Shown here: positions 16,452 to 25,256 of the stretch, in pieces
Numbering within the stretch: the first letter of the stretch is position 1
How the letters are laid out: each line of letters opens with the position of its first letter
DNA from: a virus
Taxonomy: Duplodnaviria > Heunggongvirae > Uroviricota > Caudoviricetes
Reading direction: 5' to 3' (one strand)
IMG/VR virus record: IMGVR_UViG_2671180294_000014
Length of the DNA stretch: 33,339 nucleotides
Notes under the pieces: model-generated
What the model was told of the DNA's origin: nothing
What the model saw: the letters and a program-made list of their open reading frames with translations, nothing else
Database searches by the model: none
Position numbers and translations under genes: made by a program

Positions 16452-16877
16452 ATGAAGAAATTATCCCTTTCACTGATGCTGAACGTGTCGCTGGCGCTGA
16501 TGCTGGCACTGTCCCTGATTTACCCGCAGAGCGTGGCCGTCAGTTTTGTCGCTGCATGGGCGATTCTGGCGACGGTTATCTGTGTGATTGCCGGTGGTGT
16601 CGGCGTGTATGCCGCGGAGTATGTGCTGGAACGCTACGGGCGGGAGCTGCCGCCGGAATCGCTGGCCGTGAAGATTGTCACGTCGCTGTTTTTGCAGCCG
16701 GTGCCGTGGCGCAGACGGGCAGCGGCTCTGATGGTGATGGTGGCGACGTTTATCTCGCTGGTCGCTGCCGGGTGGATTTTTACCGCACTGATTTATCTCG
16801 TGGCATCGCTGTTTTTCCGGCTGATACGTACGGCCTGCCGTCAGCGTCTTGAGGGGCGGGAACCATGTCAAAACTGA
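16452..16877 (+). CDS. lysA: Lysis timing membrane protein LysA
   Basis: 141 aa and strongly hydrophobic. It matches P2 LysA by recall. Confidence 0.93.
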   Translation: MKKLSLSLMLNVSLALMLALSLIYPQSVAVSFVAAWAILATVICVIAGGVGVYAAEYVLERYGRELPPESLAVKIVTSLFLQPVPWRRRAAALMVMVATFISLVAAGWIFTALIYLVASLFFRLIRTACRQRLEGREPCQN

Positions 16878-17290
16878 TGATTGTGCTGGTTGTGTTGTTA
16901 TCGCTGGCGGTGGCCGGTCTGTTTCTGGTGAAACACAAAAATGCCAGCCTGCGCGCCTTGCTGGACAGGGCGAACAACGTCGCCAGTGAACAGCAGACGA
17001 CCATCACCATGCTGAAAAACCAGCTTCATGTTGCCCTCACCAGGGCAGACAAAAACGAGCTGGCGCAGGTGGCACTGCGTCAGGAACTGGAGAACGCCGC
17101 GAAGCGTGAAGCTCAGCGCGAGAAAACCATCACGAGGTTACTTAATGAAAACGAAGATTTTCGCCGCTGGTACGGTGCTGACCTGCCTGATGCTGTGCGC
17201 CGGTTGCACCAGCGCACAGCCTGCGCAGACGCCAGTGATTGTCCACAACGCCTGCCCGAAAGTGAGCCTTTGCCCGATGCCGGGCAGTGA
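16865..17290 (+). CDS. lysB: i-spanin (Rz-like) LysB
   Basis: 141 aa with an N-terminal TM segment and a coiled-coil periplasmic part. It matches P2 LysB. Confidence 0.93.
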   Translation: MSKLMIVLVVLLSLAVAGLFLVKHKNASLRALLDRANNVASEQQTTITMLKNQLHVALTRADKNELAQVALRQELENAAKREAQREKTITRLLNENEDFRRWYGADLPDAVRRLHQRTACADASDCPQRLPESEPLPDAGQ

Positions 17291-17435
17291 CCCGCAGACG
17301 AACGGCGATTTAAGTGCTGATATCCGGCAGCTTGAGAACGCGCTGGCACGCTGTGCCAGCCAGGTAAAAATGATTAAACACTGTCAGGACGAAAACGATG
17401 CTCAAACCCGACAGCCTGCGCAGGGCGCTGACTGA
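17145..17435 (+). CDS. lysC: o-spanin lipoprotein (Rz1-like) LysC, starting inside lysB in another frame
   Basis: From ATG 17145 the protein reads MKTKIFAAGTVLTCLMLCAGC..., with a lipobox. It is 96 aa as in P2 LysC. The ORF-track start at 17028 is an extension. Confidence 0.9.
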   Translation: MKTKIFAAGTVLTCLMLCAGCTSAQPAQTPVIVHNACPKVSLCPMPGSDPQTNGDLSADIRQLENALARCASQVKMIKHCQDENDAQTRQPAQGAD

Positions 17436-17865
17436 TGCCGTCACGGTGCTGAAAACAAGCCCCGAGATGCTGCGGATATTCGTGGATAACGGGAGTATTG
17501 CCTCCACACTGGCGACGTCGCTGTCATTCGAAAAGCGTTACACGCTCAACGTGATTGTGACCGACTTTACCGGTGATTTTGACCTGCTCATCGTGCCGGT
17601 GCTGGCGTGGCTGCGGGAAAATCAGCCCGACATCATGACCACCGACGAAGGCCAGAAAAAGGGCTTCACGTTTTATGCAGACATCAACAATGACAGCAGC
17701 TTTGATATCAGCATCAGCCTGATGCTGACCGAGCGCACGCTGGTCAGTGAGGTGGACGGCGCGCTGCATGTGAAGAATATCCCGGAACCTCCGCCGCCGG
17801 AGCCGGTCACCCGCCCGATGGAGCTTTATATCAATGGCGAACTGGTGAGTAAGTGGGATGAATGA
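17398..17865 (+). CDS. R: Tail completion protein R
   Basis: 155 aa. It matches P2 gpR by recall. Confidence 0.95.
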   Translation: MLKPDSLRRALTDAVTVLKTSPEMLRIFVDNGSIASTLATSLSFEKRYTLNVIVTDFTGDFDLLIVPVLAWLRENQPDIMTTDEGQKKGFTFYADINNDSSFDISISLMLTERTLVSEVDGALHVKNIPEPPPPEPVTRPMELYINGELVSKWDE

Positions 17866-18310
17866 GTTTAAGCGTTTTGAAGACAGGCTGACCGGACTTA
17901 TTGAGTCGCTGTCACCGTCAGGGCGTCGGCGACTGAGCGCCGAACTGGCGAAACGTCTGCGTCAGAGTCAGCAGCGTCGGGTGATGGCACAGAAAGCCCC
18001 GGACGGCACACCCTACGCACCACGCCAGCAGCAGAGCGCCAGAAAAAAGACCGGTCGCGTTAAGCGAAAAATGTTTGCGAAACTTATCACCAGTCGTTTT
18101 TTGCATATCCGCGCCAGCCCTGAACAGGCATCAATGGAGTTTTACGGCGGGAAGTCACCGAAAATAGCCAGTGTGCATCAGTTCGGTCTGTCGGAAGAAA
18201 CCCGGAAAGACGGTAAGAAAATTCATTATCCGGCGCGTCCCCTGCTCGGCTTTACCGGTGAGGATGTGCAGATGATTGAAGAGATTATCCTGGCTCACCT
18301 CGACCGTTAG
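17858..18310 (+). CDS. S: Tail completion protein S
   Basis: 150 aa. It matches P2 gpS by recall. Confidence 0.95.
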   Translation: MNEFKRFEDRLTGLIESLSPSGRRRLSAELAKRLRQSQQRRVMAQKAPDGTPYAPRQQQSARKKTGRVKRKMFAKLITSRFLHIRASPEQASMEFYGGKSPKIASVHQFGLSEETRKDGKKIHYPARPLLGFTGEDVQMIEEIILAHLDR

Positions 18311-18376
18311 TTGTGCCATTCCTGACACCTCATCGTCACATTGCCGCCGGTATGACCCGGCGGCATCCTTCCCGTT

Positions 18377-19012
18377 ATGAACACTCTCGCAAATATTCAG
18401 GAACTCGCGCGCGCACTGCGCAACATGATCCGCACCGGCATTATCGTCGAAACCGACCTTAATGCCGGTCGCTGCCGTGTGCAGACCGGCGGCATGTGCA
18501 CCGACTGGCTTCAGTGGCTGACCCATCGCGCCGGACGTTCGCGCACATGGTGGGCACCTTCCGTGGGGGAACAGGTGCTGATTCTGGCCGTAGGCGGTGA
18601 ACTCGACACGGCGTTCGTTCTGCCGGGGATTTATTCCGGTGATAACCCCGCGCCGTCTGCGTCGGCGGATGCCCTGCATATCCGTTTCCCTGACGGGGCG
18701 GTGATTGAGTATGAACCTGAAACCAGTGCACTCACGGTAAGCGGAATTAAAACGGCCAGCGTGACGGCTTCTGATTCTGTTACTGCCACGGTGCCGGTGG
18801 TCACGGTGAAAGCATCAACCCGCGTCACTCTGGACACGCCGGAGGTGGTCTGCACAAACAAGCTGATCACTGGCACGCTGGAAGTGCAGAAGGGCGGGAC
18901 GATGCGCGGCAACATTGAACACACCGGCGGTGAACTCTCATCAAACGGGAAGGTACTGCATACCCATAAACACCCCGGCGACAGCGGCGGCACAACCGGG
19001 AGTCCTCTATGA
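18377..19012 (+). CDS. V: Baseplate spike / assembly protein V
   Basis: 211 aa. It matches P2 gpV by recall. Confidence 0.95.
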   Translation: MNTLANIQELARALRNMIRTGIIVETDLNAGRCRVQTGGMCTDWLQWLTHRAGRSRTWWAPSVGEQVLILAVGGELDTAFVLPGIYSGDNPAPSASADALHIRFPDGAVIEYEPETSALTVSGIKTASVTASDSVTATVPVVTVKASTRVTLDTPEVVCTNKLITGTLEVQKGGTMRGNIEHTGGELSSNGKVLHTHKHPGDSGGTTGSPL

Positions 19013-19356
19013 CAGCGCGTTATCTCGGAATGAATCGCAGTGATGGCCTGACTGTCTCTGACCTTGAGCATATCAGCCAGAGTATCGGCGATATCCTGCG
19101 CACGCCGGTCGGCTCACGGGTGATGCGTCGTGATTACGGCTCGTTGCTGGCGTCAATGATTGACCAGCCGCAGACCCCGGCGCTTGAGTTGCAGATTAAG
19201 GTCGCCTGTTACATGGCCGTGCTGAAATGGGAAGCCCGCGTCACCCTGTCATCCGTCACCACGGCGCGCAGCTTTGACGGGCGAATGACGGTCACGTTAA
19301 CCGGCCAGCACAACGACACCGGCCAGCCACTTTCGTTAACCATCCCTGTGAGTTGA
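19009..19356 (+). CDS. W: Baseplate wedge protein W (gp25-like)
   Basis: 115 aa. It matches P2 gpW by recall. Confidence 0.95.
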   Translation: MTARYLGMNRSDGLTVSDLEHISQSIGDILRTPVGSRVMRRDYGSLLASMIDQPQTPALELQIKVACYMAVLKWEARVTLSSVTTARSFDGRMTVTLTGQHNDTGQPLSLTIPVS

Positions 19357-19360
19357 AACC

Positions 19361-20269
19361 ATGCCGATTATCGACCTGAACCAGCTACCCGCACCGGATG
19401 TGGTCGAGGAGCTGGACTTTGAAACCATTCTTGCCGAACGCAAGGCGACACTGATTTCCCTTTACCCGGAAGACCAGCAGGAGGCGGTCGCCCGTACCCT
19501 GACGCTGGAATCCGAGCCTCTCGTCAAACTGCTGGAGGAAAATGCTTATCGTGAGCTTATCTGGCGTCAGCGTGTGAATGAGGCCGCACGGGCGGTAATG
19601 CTGGCCTGTGCCGCCGGTAATGACCTTGATGTGATTGGTGCCAATTACAACACCACGCGCCTGATTATCACCCCGGCAGATGATTCGACCCTCCCGCCGA
19701 CACCGGCAGTGATGGAATCTGACACGGATTATCGTCTGCGTATTCAGCAGGCGTTTGAAGGTTTAAGCGTCGCCGGGTCGGTGGGGGCCTATCAGTATCA
19801 TGGTCGCAGTGCCGACGGGCGTGTCGCGGATATTTCTGTAACCAGTCCGTCTCCGGCCTGCGTCACCATCTCTGTGCTGTCACGTGAAAATAACGGTGTC
19901 GCATCCGAAGACCTGCTGGCGGTGGTGCGTAACGCCCTTAATGGTGAGGACGTCAGGCCGGTGGCCGACCGCGTGACCGTGCAGTCTGCCGCCATCGTTG
20001 AATACCAGATAAACGCCACGCTTTACCTTTACCCTGGTCCCGAAAGCGAACCCATACGCGCTGCTGCCGTGAAAAAACTGGAAGCGTACATCACGGCACA
20101 GCACCGGCTGGGGCGCGACATCCGTCTGTCTGCCATTTATGCCGCTTTGCATGTGGAAGGCGTGCAGCGTGTCGAACTGACTGCACCGCTGGCCGACATC
20201 GTGCTCAACAGTACGCAGGCGTCTTTCTGTACCGAATACCGCGTCGTGACCGGAGGCTCGGATGAGTGA
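19361..20269 (+). CDS. J: Baseplate protein J
   Basis: 302 aa. It matches P2 gpJ by recall. Confidence 0.95.
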   Translation: MPIIDLNQLPAPDVVEELDFETILAERKATLISLYPEDQQEAVARTLTLESEPLVKLLEENAYRELIWRQRVNEAARAVMLACAAGNDLDVIGANYNTTRLIITPADDSTLPPTPAVMESDTDYRLRIQQAFEGLSVAGSVGAYQYHGRSADGRVADISVTSPSPACVTISVLSRENNGVASEDLLAVVRNALNGEDVRPVADRVTVQSAAIVEYQINATLYLYPGPESEPIRAAAVKKLEAYITAQHRLGRDIRLSAIYAALHVEGVQRVELTAPLADIVLNSTQASFCTEYRVVTGGSDE

Positions 20270-20792
20270 TTCGCGACTGCTGCCGACCGGCTCATCACCG
20301 CTTGAAGTTGCCGCCGCAAAAGCCTGTGCGGAAATTGAAAAAACGCCGGTCAGGATTCGTGAACTGTGGAACCCGGATACCTGTCCGGCAAATCTGCTGC
20401 CGTGGCTGGCGTGGGCGTTTTCGGTCGACAGGTGGGATGAAAAGTGGCCGGAAGCGACAAAACGCGCCGTTATCCGCGATGCCTATTTCATCCACTGTCA
20501 TAAAGGCACTATCGGCGCAATCCGGCGTGTGGTGGAGCCGCTCGGCTATCTCATCAACGTGACGGAGTGGTGGGAAAACAGTGACCCGCCCGGCACCTTC
20601 CGGCTTGATATTGGTGTACTGGAAAGCGGCATCACAGAGGCAATGTATCAGGAAATGGAACGGCTTATTGCTGATGCCAAACCTGCAAGCCGTCATCTTA
20701 TTGGCCTGAACATTACCCGGGACATTCCCGGCTACCTGTTCGCCGGTGGTGTGGCTTACGACGGCGATGTAATTACGGTTTACCCCGGATAA
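20262..20792 (+). CDS. I: Baseplate protein I
   Basis: 176 aa. It matches P2 gpI by recall. Confidence 0.95.
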   Translation: MSDSRLLPTGSSPLEVAAAKACAEIEKTPVRIRELWNPDTCPANLLPWLAWAFSVDRWDEKWPEATKRAVIRDAYFIHCHKGTIGAIRRVVEPLGYLINVTEWWENSDPPGTFRLDIGVLESGITEAMYQEMERLIADAKPASRHLIGLNITRDIPGYLFAGGVAYDGDVITVYPG

Positions 20793-20802
20793 GTGAGGAA
20801 TA

Positions 20803-23121
20803 ATGAGCACAAAATTCAGAACCGTTATCACCACTGCCGGTGCAGCAAAGCTGGCAGCGGCAACCGCACCGGGAGGGCGGAAGGTCAACATTACCACGAT
20901 GGCCGTCGGGGATGGCGGTGGTAAATTGCCTGTCCCGGATGCCGGACAGACCGGGCTTATCCACGAAGTCTGGCGACATACGCTGAACAAAATCAGCCAG
21001 GACAAACGAAACAGTAATTATATTATCGCAGAGCTGGTTATTCCGCCGGAGGTGGGCGGTTTCTGGATGCGTGAGCTTGGCCTGTACGATGATGCGGGAA
21101 CGTTAATTGCCGTGGCGAACATGGCCGAAAGTTATAAGCCAGCTCTTGCCGAAGGCTCAGGGCGTTCGCAGACCTGTCGCATGGTCATCATCGTCAGCAG
21201 TGTGGCCTCGGTGGAGCTGACCATTGACACCACAACGGTGATGGCGACACAGGATTACGTTGATGACAAAATTGCAGAGCACGAACAGTCACGACGTCAC
21301 CCGGACGCCTCGCTGACCGCAAAAGGTTTTACTCAGTTAAGCAGTGCGACCAACAGCACGTCTGAAACACTGGCCGCAACGCCGAAAGCGGTAAAGGCCG
21401 CCTATGACCTTGCTAACGGGAAATATACCGCACAGGACGCTACCACAGCTCGAAAAGGTCTTGTCCAGCTCAGTAGTGCCACCAACAGCACGTCTGAAAC
21501 GCTTGCGGCAACGCCAAAGGCGGTTAAGACAGCGTATGACCTTGCTAACGGGAAATACACTGCACAGGACGCCACTACAGCGCGAAAAGGTCTTGTCCAG
21601 CTCAGTAGCGCCACCAACAGCGATTCTGAAACGCTTGCGGCAACACCAAAGGCGGTTAAGACAGCGTATGACCTTGCTAACGGGAAATACACTGCACAGG
21701 ATGCCACCACAGCGCGAAAAGGTCTTGTCCAGCTAAGTAGTGCCATCAACAGCGATTCTGAAACGCTGGCCGCAACGCCAAAAGCAGTGAAGTCTGCCTA
21801 TGACAATGCTGAAAAACGTCTTCAGAAAGATCAGAACGGTGCGGATATTCCGGGAAAGGATACCTTCACGAAAAATATCGGTGCCTGTCGTGCTTATAGC
21901 GGCGCTTTGAGCACTGAAGCCGGAAACTGGACAACCGCTCAGTTTATTGAATGGCTGGATTCCCGTGGTGCATTTAATCATCCGTACTGGATGTGCAAAG
22001 GCTCCTGGTCATATGCAAATAACAAAATCATTACGGATACCGGATGTGGTGATATCCACCTGGCTGGTTGTGTCGTCGAGGTCATGGGAACTAAATCTGC
22101 AATCACTATCCGAGTGACCACGCCAACAACATCAAGCGGTGGCGGTACAACCAGCGCGCAATTCACTTACATAAATCATGGGGACGGCTACTCCCCCGGC
22201 TGGCGTCGTGACTGGAATCGTCAGGGCGACTCAATGACCGGAACGATTAATCAGGATGGCGGAAGCCAGAATGCCTATATGTCTACGGCCTTATGTTCAG
22301 GCACCAGAGGCGGCAAAAAATATCTCAGAAAGTTTCGTGGTGGAGAAGGAGATACTATCTGGCATGAAACAGTTCAGGGCGGGGTAATTCGCTGGGCGAC
22401 AGGAAACAATGACGCTCAGGAAGAATTATCACTCAGCTCCGCTTATGGTCTCCGTTCAAGAGGTGAAATTACATCACTCAGTGCTAATGGTCTGCGCATT
22501 GCTTATGGCAATTATGGATTCTTTATCAGGAATGATGGCGGCAGCACATATTTAATGCTGACGGCCTCTGGCGATAAATTTGGGACATGGAACGGCTTAA
22601 GACCGCTGACTATCAATAACGCCAATGGCGGAGTGTCAATGGGGCATGGCCTGAGTGTTACAGGTGATATTGTCTCAAGTACCAAAGTACGTGCCGGTAG
22701 CGGGAAAAAGTTCACGGTCAGCAGCAGCAATACATCCACGAAGGAAGCCGCATTCAATTTGTGGGGAAACTCAAGTCGTCCTGTGGTGGCTGAATTAGGT
22801 GATGATGCAGGCTGGCATTTTTACAGTCAGAGAAATACAGATAACAGCATCACTTTTGCTGTTAACGGGCAGGTATCACCATCTAACTATGGCAACTTTG
22901 ATTCACGCTATGTCCGGGATATCCGGCTTGGTGGTGCTGCCACATACAAACCTGCGAACAATGGTATGACATGGACACATCAGGCACCGTCCGGGTGTGT
23001 ATATTCCGGCATTATTGTTCAGGATACCGGCTCAAACTCTGCCGATAACATTGGTGGCGTATATTACAGACCGGTGCAGAAATACATTAACGGGACTTGG
23101 TATAACGTGGCACAGGTATAA
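20803..23121 (+). CDS. H: Tail fibre protein H (mosaic: P2-like N-terminus, expanded repeat, divergent distal region)
   Basis: The N-terminal ~170 aa and the last ~20 aa (…PVQKYINGTWYNVAQV) are P2 gpH-like. The protein is 772 aa versus 669 aa in P2 as I recall. The middle and distal part differs from P2. Confidence 0.93.
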   Translation: MSTKFRTVITTAGAAKLAAATAPGGRKVNITTMAVGDGGGKLPVPDAGQTGLIHEVWRHTLNKISQDKRNSNYIIAELVIPPEVGGFWMRELGLYDDAGTLIAVANMAESYKPALAEGSGRSQTCRMVIIVSSVASVELTIDTTTVMATQDYVDDKIAEHEQSRRHPDASLTAKGFTQLSSATNSTSETLAATPKAVKAAYDLANGKYTAQDATTARKGLVQLSSATNSTSETLAATPKAVKTAYDLANGKYTAQDATTARKGLVQLSSATNSDSETLAATPKAVKTAYDLANGKYTAQDATTARKGLVQLSSAINSDSETLAATPKAVKSAYDNAEKRLQKDQNGADIPGKDTFTKNIGACRAYSGALSTEAGNWTTAQFIEWLDSRGAFNHPYWMCKGSWSYANNKIITDTGCGDIHLAGCVVEVMGTKSAITIRVTTPTTSSGGGTTSAQFTYINHGDGYSPGWRRDWNRQGDSMTGTINQDGGSQNAYMSTALCSGTRGGKKYLRKFRGGEGDTIWHETVQGGVIRWATGNNDAQEELSLSSAYGLRSRGEITSLSANGLRIAYGNYGFFIRNDGGSTYLMLTASGDKFGTWNGLRPLTINNANGGVSMGHGLSVTGDIVSSTKVRAGSGKKFTVSSSNTSTKEAAFNLWGNSSRPVVAELGDDAGWHFYSQRNTDNSITFAVNGQVSPSNYGNFDSRYVRDIRLGGAATYKPANNGMTWTHQAPSGCVYSGIIVQDTGSNSADNIGGVYYRPVQKYINGTWYNVAQV
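21321..21806 (+). repeat. In-frame 132-nt (44-aa) tandem repeat inside H, about 3.7 copies
   Basis: Unit starts (aaaagg) are at 21321, 21453, 21585 and 21717. The peptide unit is KG[FL].QLSSATNS.SETLAATPKAVK.AYDLANGKYTAQDATTAR. Copies differ by a few substitutions. Confidence 0.9.
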
Positions 23122-23124
23122 TTT

Positions 23125-23652
23125 ATGCAGCATTTGATAAATATAACGGCAGGTAATCCAAAAACGGTTGAACAATATCAATTGACAAAGGACTTTGATG
23201 TTGTCTGGTTTTTTTCAGAAGATGGTAAGAACTGGTACGAAGAACAAAAGTATTTTGCTGATGACACGATAAAAATAGCGTACGACAAAGATAATATTAT
23301 CCGCTATGTGGAAAAGGATGTGACAGCTATCAGACCGGATGGATTAAGTGTTGTTGAAGTGCCGGATATTACTGCTAACCGACGGGCGGACATTTCAGGG
23401 AACTGGATGTTTAAGGACTGTACAGTGATTAAACGAATTTATACGGCAGAGGAATTGCAGCAGCAGGCAGAAAATCGGAAAGCCAGACTTCTTGCAGATG
23501 CTGAATCCGTGATTTTGCCGCTGGAGCGCGCTGTCAGGCTGAATATGGCAACAGATGAGGAGCGCAGTCGACTGGAGGCATGGGAACGCTACAGTGTTCT
23601 GGTCAGTCGTGTGGATCCTGCAAATCCTGAATGGCCGGAAATGCCGCAATAA
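23125..23652 (+). CDS. G: Tail fibre assembly chaperone G
   Basis: 175 aa. The C-terminal half matches P2 gpG (…[34 protein letters not shown]), while the N-terminal half is divergent. Confidence 0.93.
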   Translation: MQHLINITAGNPKTVEQYQLTKDFDVVWFFSEDGKNWYEEQKYFADDTIKIAYDKDNIIRYVEKDVTAIRPDGLSVVEVPDITANRRADISGNWMFKDCTVIKRIYTAEELQQQAENRKARLLADAESVILPLERAVRLNMATDEERSRLEAWERYSVLVSRVDPANPEWPEMPQ

Positions 23653-23733
23653 GTTGTATGAGCTCTGGTGTGAGCTTACATATCTATGGCACAGAGTAAA
23701 GCCTAATCTGAGAGTCCGCTCTGTGCCAGAAGT

Positions 23734-23762
23734 AGACGCACAAGGTGGGCGTGTCTTTTTCT
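23734..23762 (+). terminator. Candidate rho-independent terminator after the V-G operon
   Basis: AGACGC (23734-23739) pairs with GTGTCT (23751-23756, one G-U pair) and is followed by a T-run ending near 23762. The 11-nt loop makes this a moderate call. Confidence 0.45.
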
Positions 23763-23766
23763 TAAG

Positions 23767-25185
23767 CTACATCGGGCTCTTATATGGGGAATGAGAGTTT
23801 TTGAAACGCGGTTCTTCATGCTTCGGACTGTAAATTCTTGCATGATTATCTATCACAACTTTACTTCCAAGAATATCTCGAGCTTCTCCTAACGACCACA
23901 CAGTAGAAAGATCATTAGTCAAATTTCGATAGAGAGCACGAAACCCCTTGGGTTTTTTAAGATCATATAAGAAATCAGGAACTTTAACTTTAAAATTAAA
24001 GGTCGGTAGTTTCGGAAGGGAATTAATAGCCGCAACAGTATTGTATACATGTACAAGCTTAGTTACAGGTACACCTTGTCTAGTCTTGAGCCCATACTTA
24101 GTTCGAATATAATCTGATTCTTTCGATACTTCAGTAAGCAATGCTCTTACTGACTTATTAGCTTGAGGCAATTCATTTTCATCAAACAAGCGCTTTATTT
24201 CTCGCATTTTCTCACGGGCCCTTACAAATTCGTTGTTGTCCCTTATGTTATAAGCAGCTTCAACAATACAACTTGGATCACCAGTTTCTTTTGCGAGCCA
24301 TGCCGAAAATAAAGGAAGCGAAGTTGCTGTTGCTACAGCTTTACCACCAGAATGAATATCAATGAGATCATGACTTAACGAAGTGGAAAAGTTTTCTACA
24401 ATATGTTTAGCATAGTCAAAACCATACTGACAGTTTTGGCTTAAATATGTCTGTTGATACGCCTGACGTAATGGATATAAAAAAGTATCTGCTTGAAGGT
24501 ACTTAGCTGTGAGAGAATAAAATACTGCCCGATTAGCCAGCCATACAAGCGAAGCCACGAATGCTTTGATTGCATCTGATGCTTCACCAGCAGATGTGCC
24601 ATCCCCCCATTTTGCTCCGGGAACTTTGTACCCCTTGCGAATAGGGTTGCCAAATCGATCGAGAAGTTCAACATCGCCATTTGTTCTATTACCAGACTCA
24701 GCAGCATCACGCAGTTCTGAAAAAATGGCAGCAGCAATGTTACCATATTTTTCAAACTCCTTACCTCCATCAGATAAGTTCTTCAGTGTTAGATGATAAA
24801 CACTTGAACTAATGTCCCATGTACATATGATATGTGTCTGAAGAAGTTCAATTAGTTTTTTAAAATCGTCATTAACAAATGTTCCACCACGAATTTTAGG
24901 TTTCAATGCATCAGATATTTTTTTTGCTTCACTTTCAATTTCATCCAACCCATATTGTGCTTTATCAAGAAATAATATCTCTCTGAAACTTGAAATCCTA
25001 CTCCCACGGTACTCTGGAATATAATCATCAACCGCGATAACGTGATCATAGAACAAAATAGACTGTATATAGTTCTCAAATGCTATTATGTCTGTATCTA
25101 CTGAGTCCTTCGATCTTGTTTTTACTTTCCCCTCGATTCTTTGGACTGCAGTTAGAGTTGAATTATCAATCAGTGCGTATGTCAT
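23767..25185 (-). CDS. Hypothetical 472-aa protein with no recognisable domain (cargo of the Z/fun hotspot)
   Basis: It is a long uninterrupted AT-rich ORF with ATG at 25185 and an AAGGAA SD 6 nt upstream. It lies opposite to both flanking late operons and has no P2 counterpart. I could not find nucleotide-binding, nuclease, TM or HTH motifs by eye. Confidence 0.8.
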   Translation of the reverse strand: MTYALIDNSTLTAVQRIEGKVKTRSKDSVDTDIIAFENYIQSILFYDHVIAVDDYIPEYRGSRISSFREILFLDKAQYGLDEIESEAKKISDALKPKIRGGTFVNDDFKKLIELLQTHIICTWDISSSVYHLTLKNLSDGGKEFEKYGNIAAAIFSELRDAAESGNRTNGDVELLDRFGNPIRKGYKVPGAKWGDGTSAGEASDAIKAFVASLVWLANRAVFYSLTAKYLQADTFLYPLRQAYQQTYLSQNCQYGFDYAKHIVENFSTSLSHDLIDIHSGGKAVATATSLPLFSAWLAKETGDPSCIVEAAYNIRDNNEFVRAREKMREIKRLFDENELPQANKSVRALLTEVSKESDYIRTKYGLKTRQGVPVTKLVHVYNTVAAINSLPKLPTFNFKVKVPDFLYDLKKPKGFRALYRNLTNDLSTVWSLGEARDILGSKVVIDNHARIYSPKHEEPRFKNSHSPYKSPM

Positions 25186-25226
25186 TTACATTCCTTAAAT
25201 AAAAAACATTAATGGTTGCTCCAAAA

Positions 25227-25256
25227 ATACTAGCAACCTTATTTCAGTGAAGTCAA
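25227..25256 (-). promoter_or_regulatory. Candidate sigma-70 promoter of the 472-aa gene
   Basis: On the minus strand, TTGACT (25256-25251) is followed by an 18-nt spacer and then TAGTAT (25232-25227). The -10 lies in the loop of the inverted repeat GGTTGCT/AGCAACC (25214-25220 / 25232-25238). Confidence 0.4.

Noticed and set aside
16280-16852. A 190-aa plus-strand alternate-frame ORF spanning the end of K and lysA.
   Set aside because: It overlaps two genes with exact P2 counterparts in other frames and has an Arg/Cys/Gly-rich, non-protein-like sequence.
18343-18364. A strong GC stem-loop, GCCGCCGG-TATGAC-CCGGCGGC, between S and V, considered as a terminator. The nearby TGTGCCATTCCTGACACC (18312-18329) was considered as an Ogr site for P_V.
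   Set aside because: No U-tract follows the hairpin. The TGT...ACA spacing (N10, or N12 to ACC) does not fit TGT-N12-ACA, and a -55 site there would put the start essentially on the V ATG. A late promoter is expected here from P2 knowledge, but I cannot place it.
20295-21005. A 236-aa minus-strand ORF antisense to I and H. Similar antisense ORFs occur at 14247-14846 (vs M), 15138-15584 (vs L/X), 18155-18679 (vs S/V), 30786-31358 (vs D), 28807-29241 and 29399-29968 (vs T).
   Set aside because: They are off-frame shadows of well-supported late genes. One of them (29399-29968) even reads through the N gap.
21402-21749. Repetitive ORFs on both strands (115 aa minus, 110 aa plus) and the idea that the periodic repeats might be a CRISPR-like array.
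   Set aside because: They are by-products of the in-frame 132-nt tandem repeat inside H. There are no unique spacers between the repeats, and the array is coding.
23688-23727. A 9-bp inverted repeat, GGCACAGAG/CTCTGTGCC, with a 22-nt loop downstream of G.
   Set aside because: It is real in the sequence but has a long loop and no U-tract. I can assign no function to it. It may mark the hotspot boundary or a recombination scar.
23555-23794. A 79-aa plus-strand ORF bridging the end of G and the hotspot.
   Set aside because: It overlaps G out of frame and runs through the intergenic hairpins and terminator. It has no SD.
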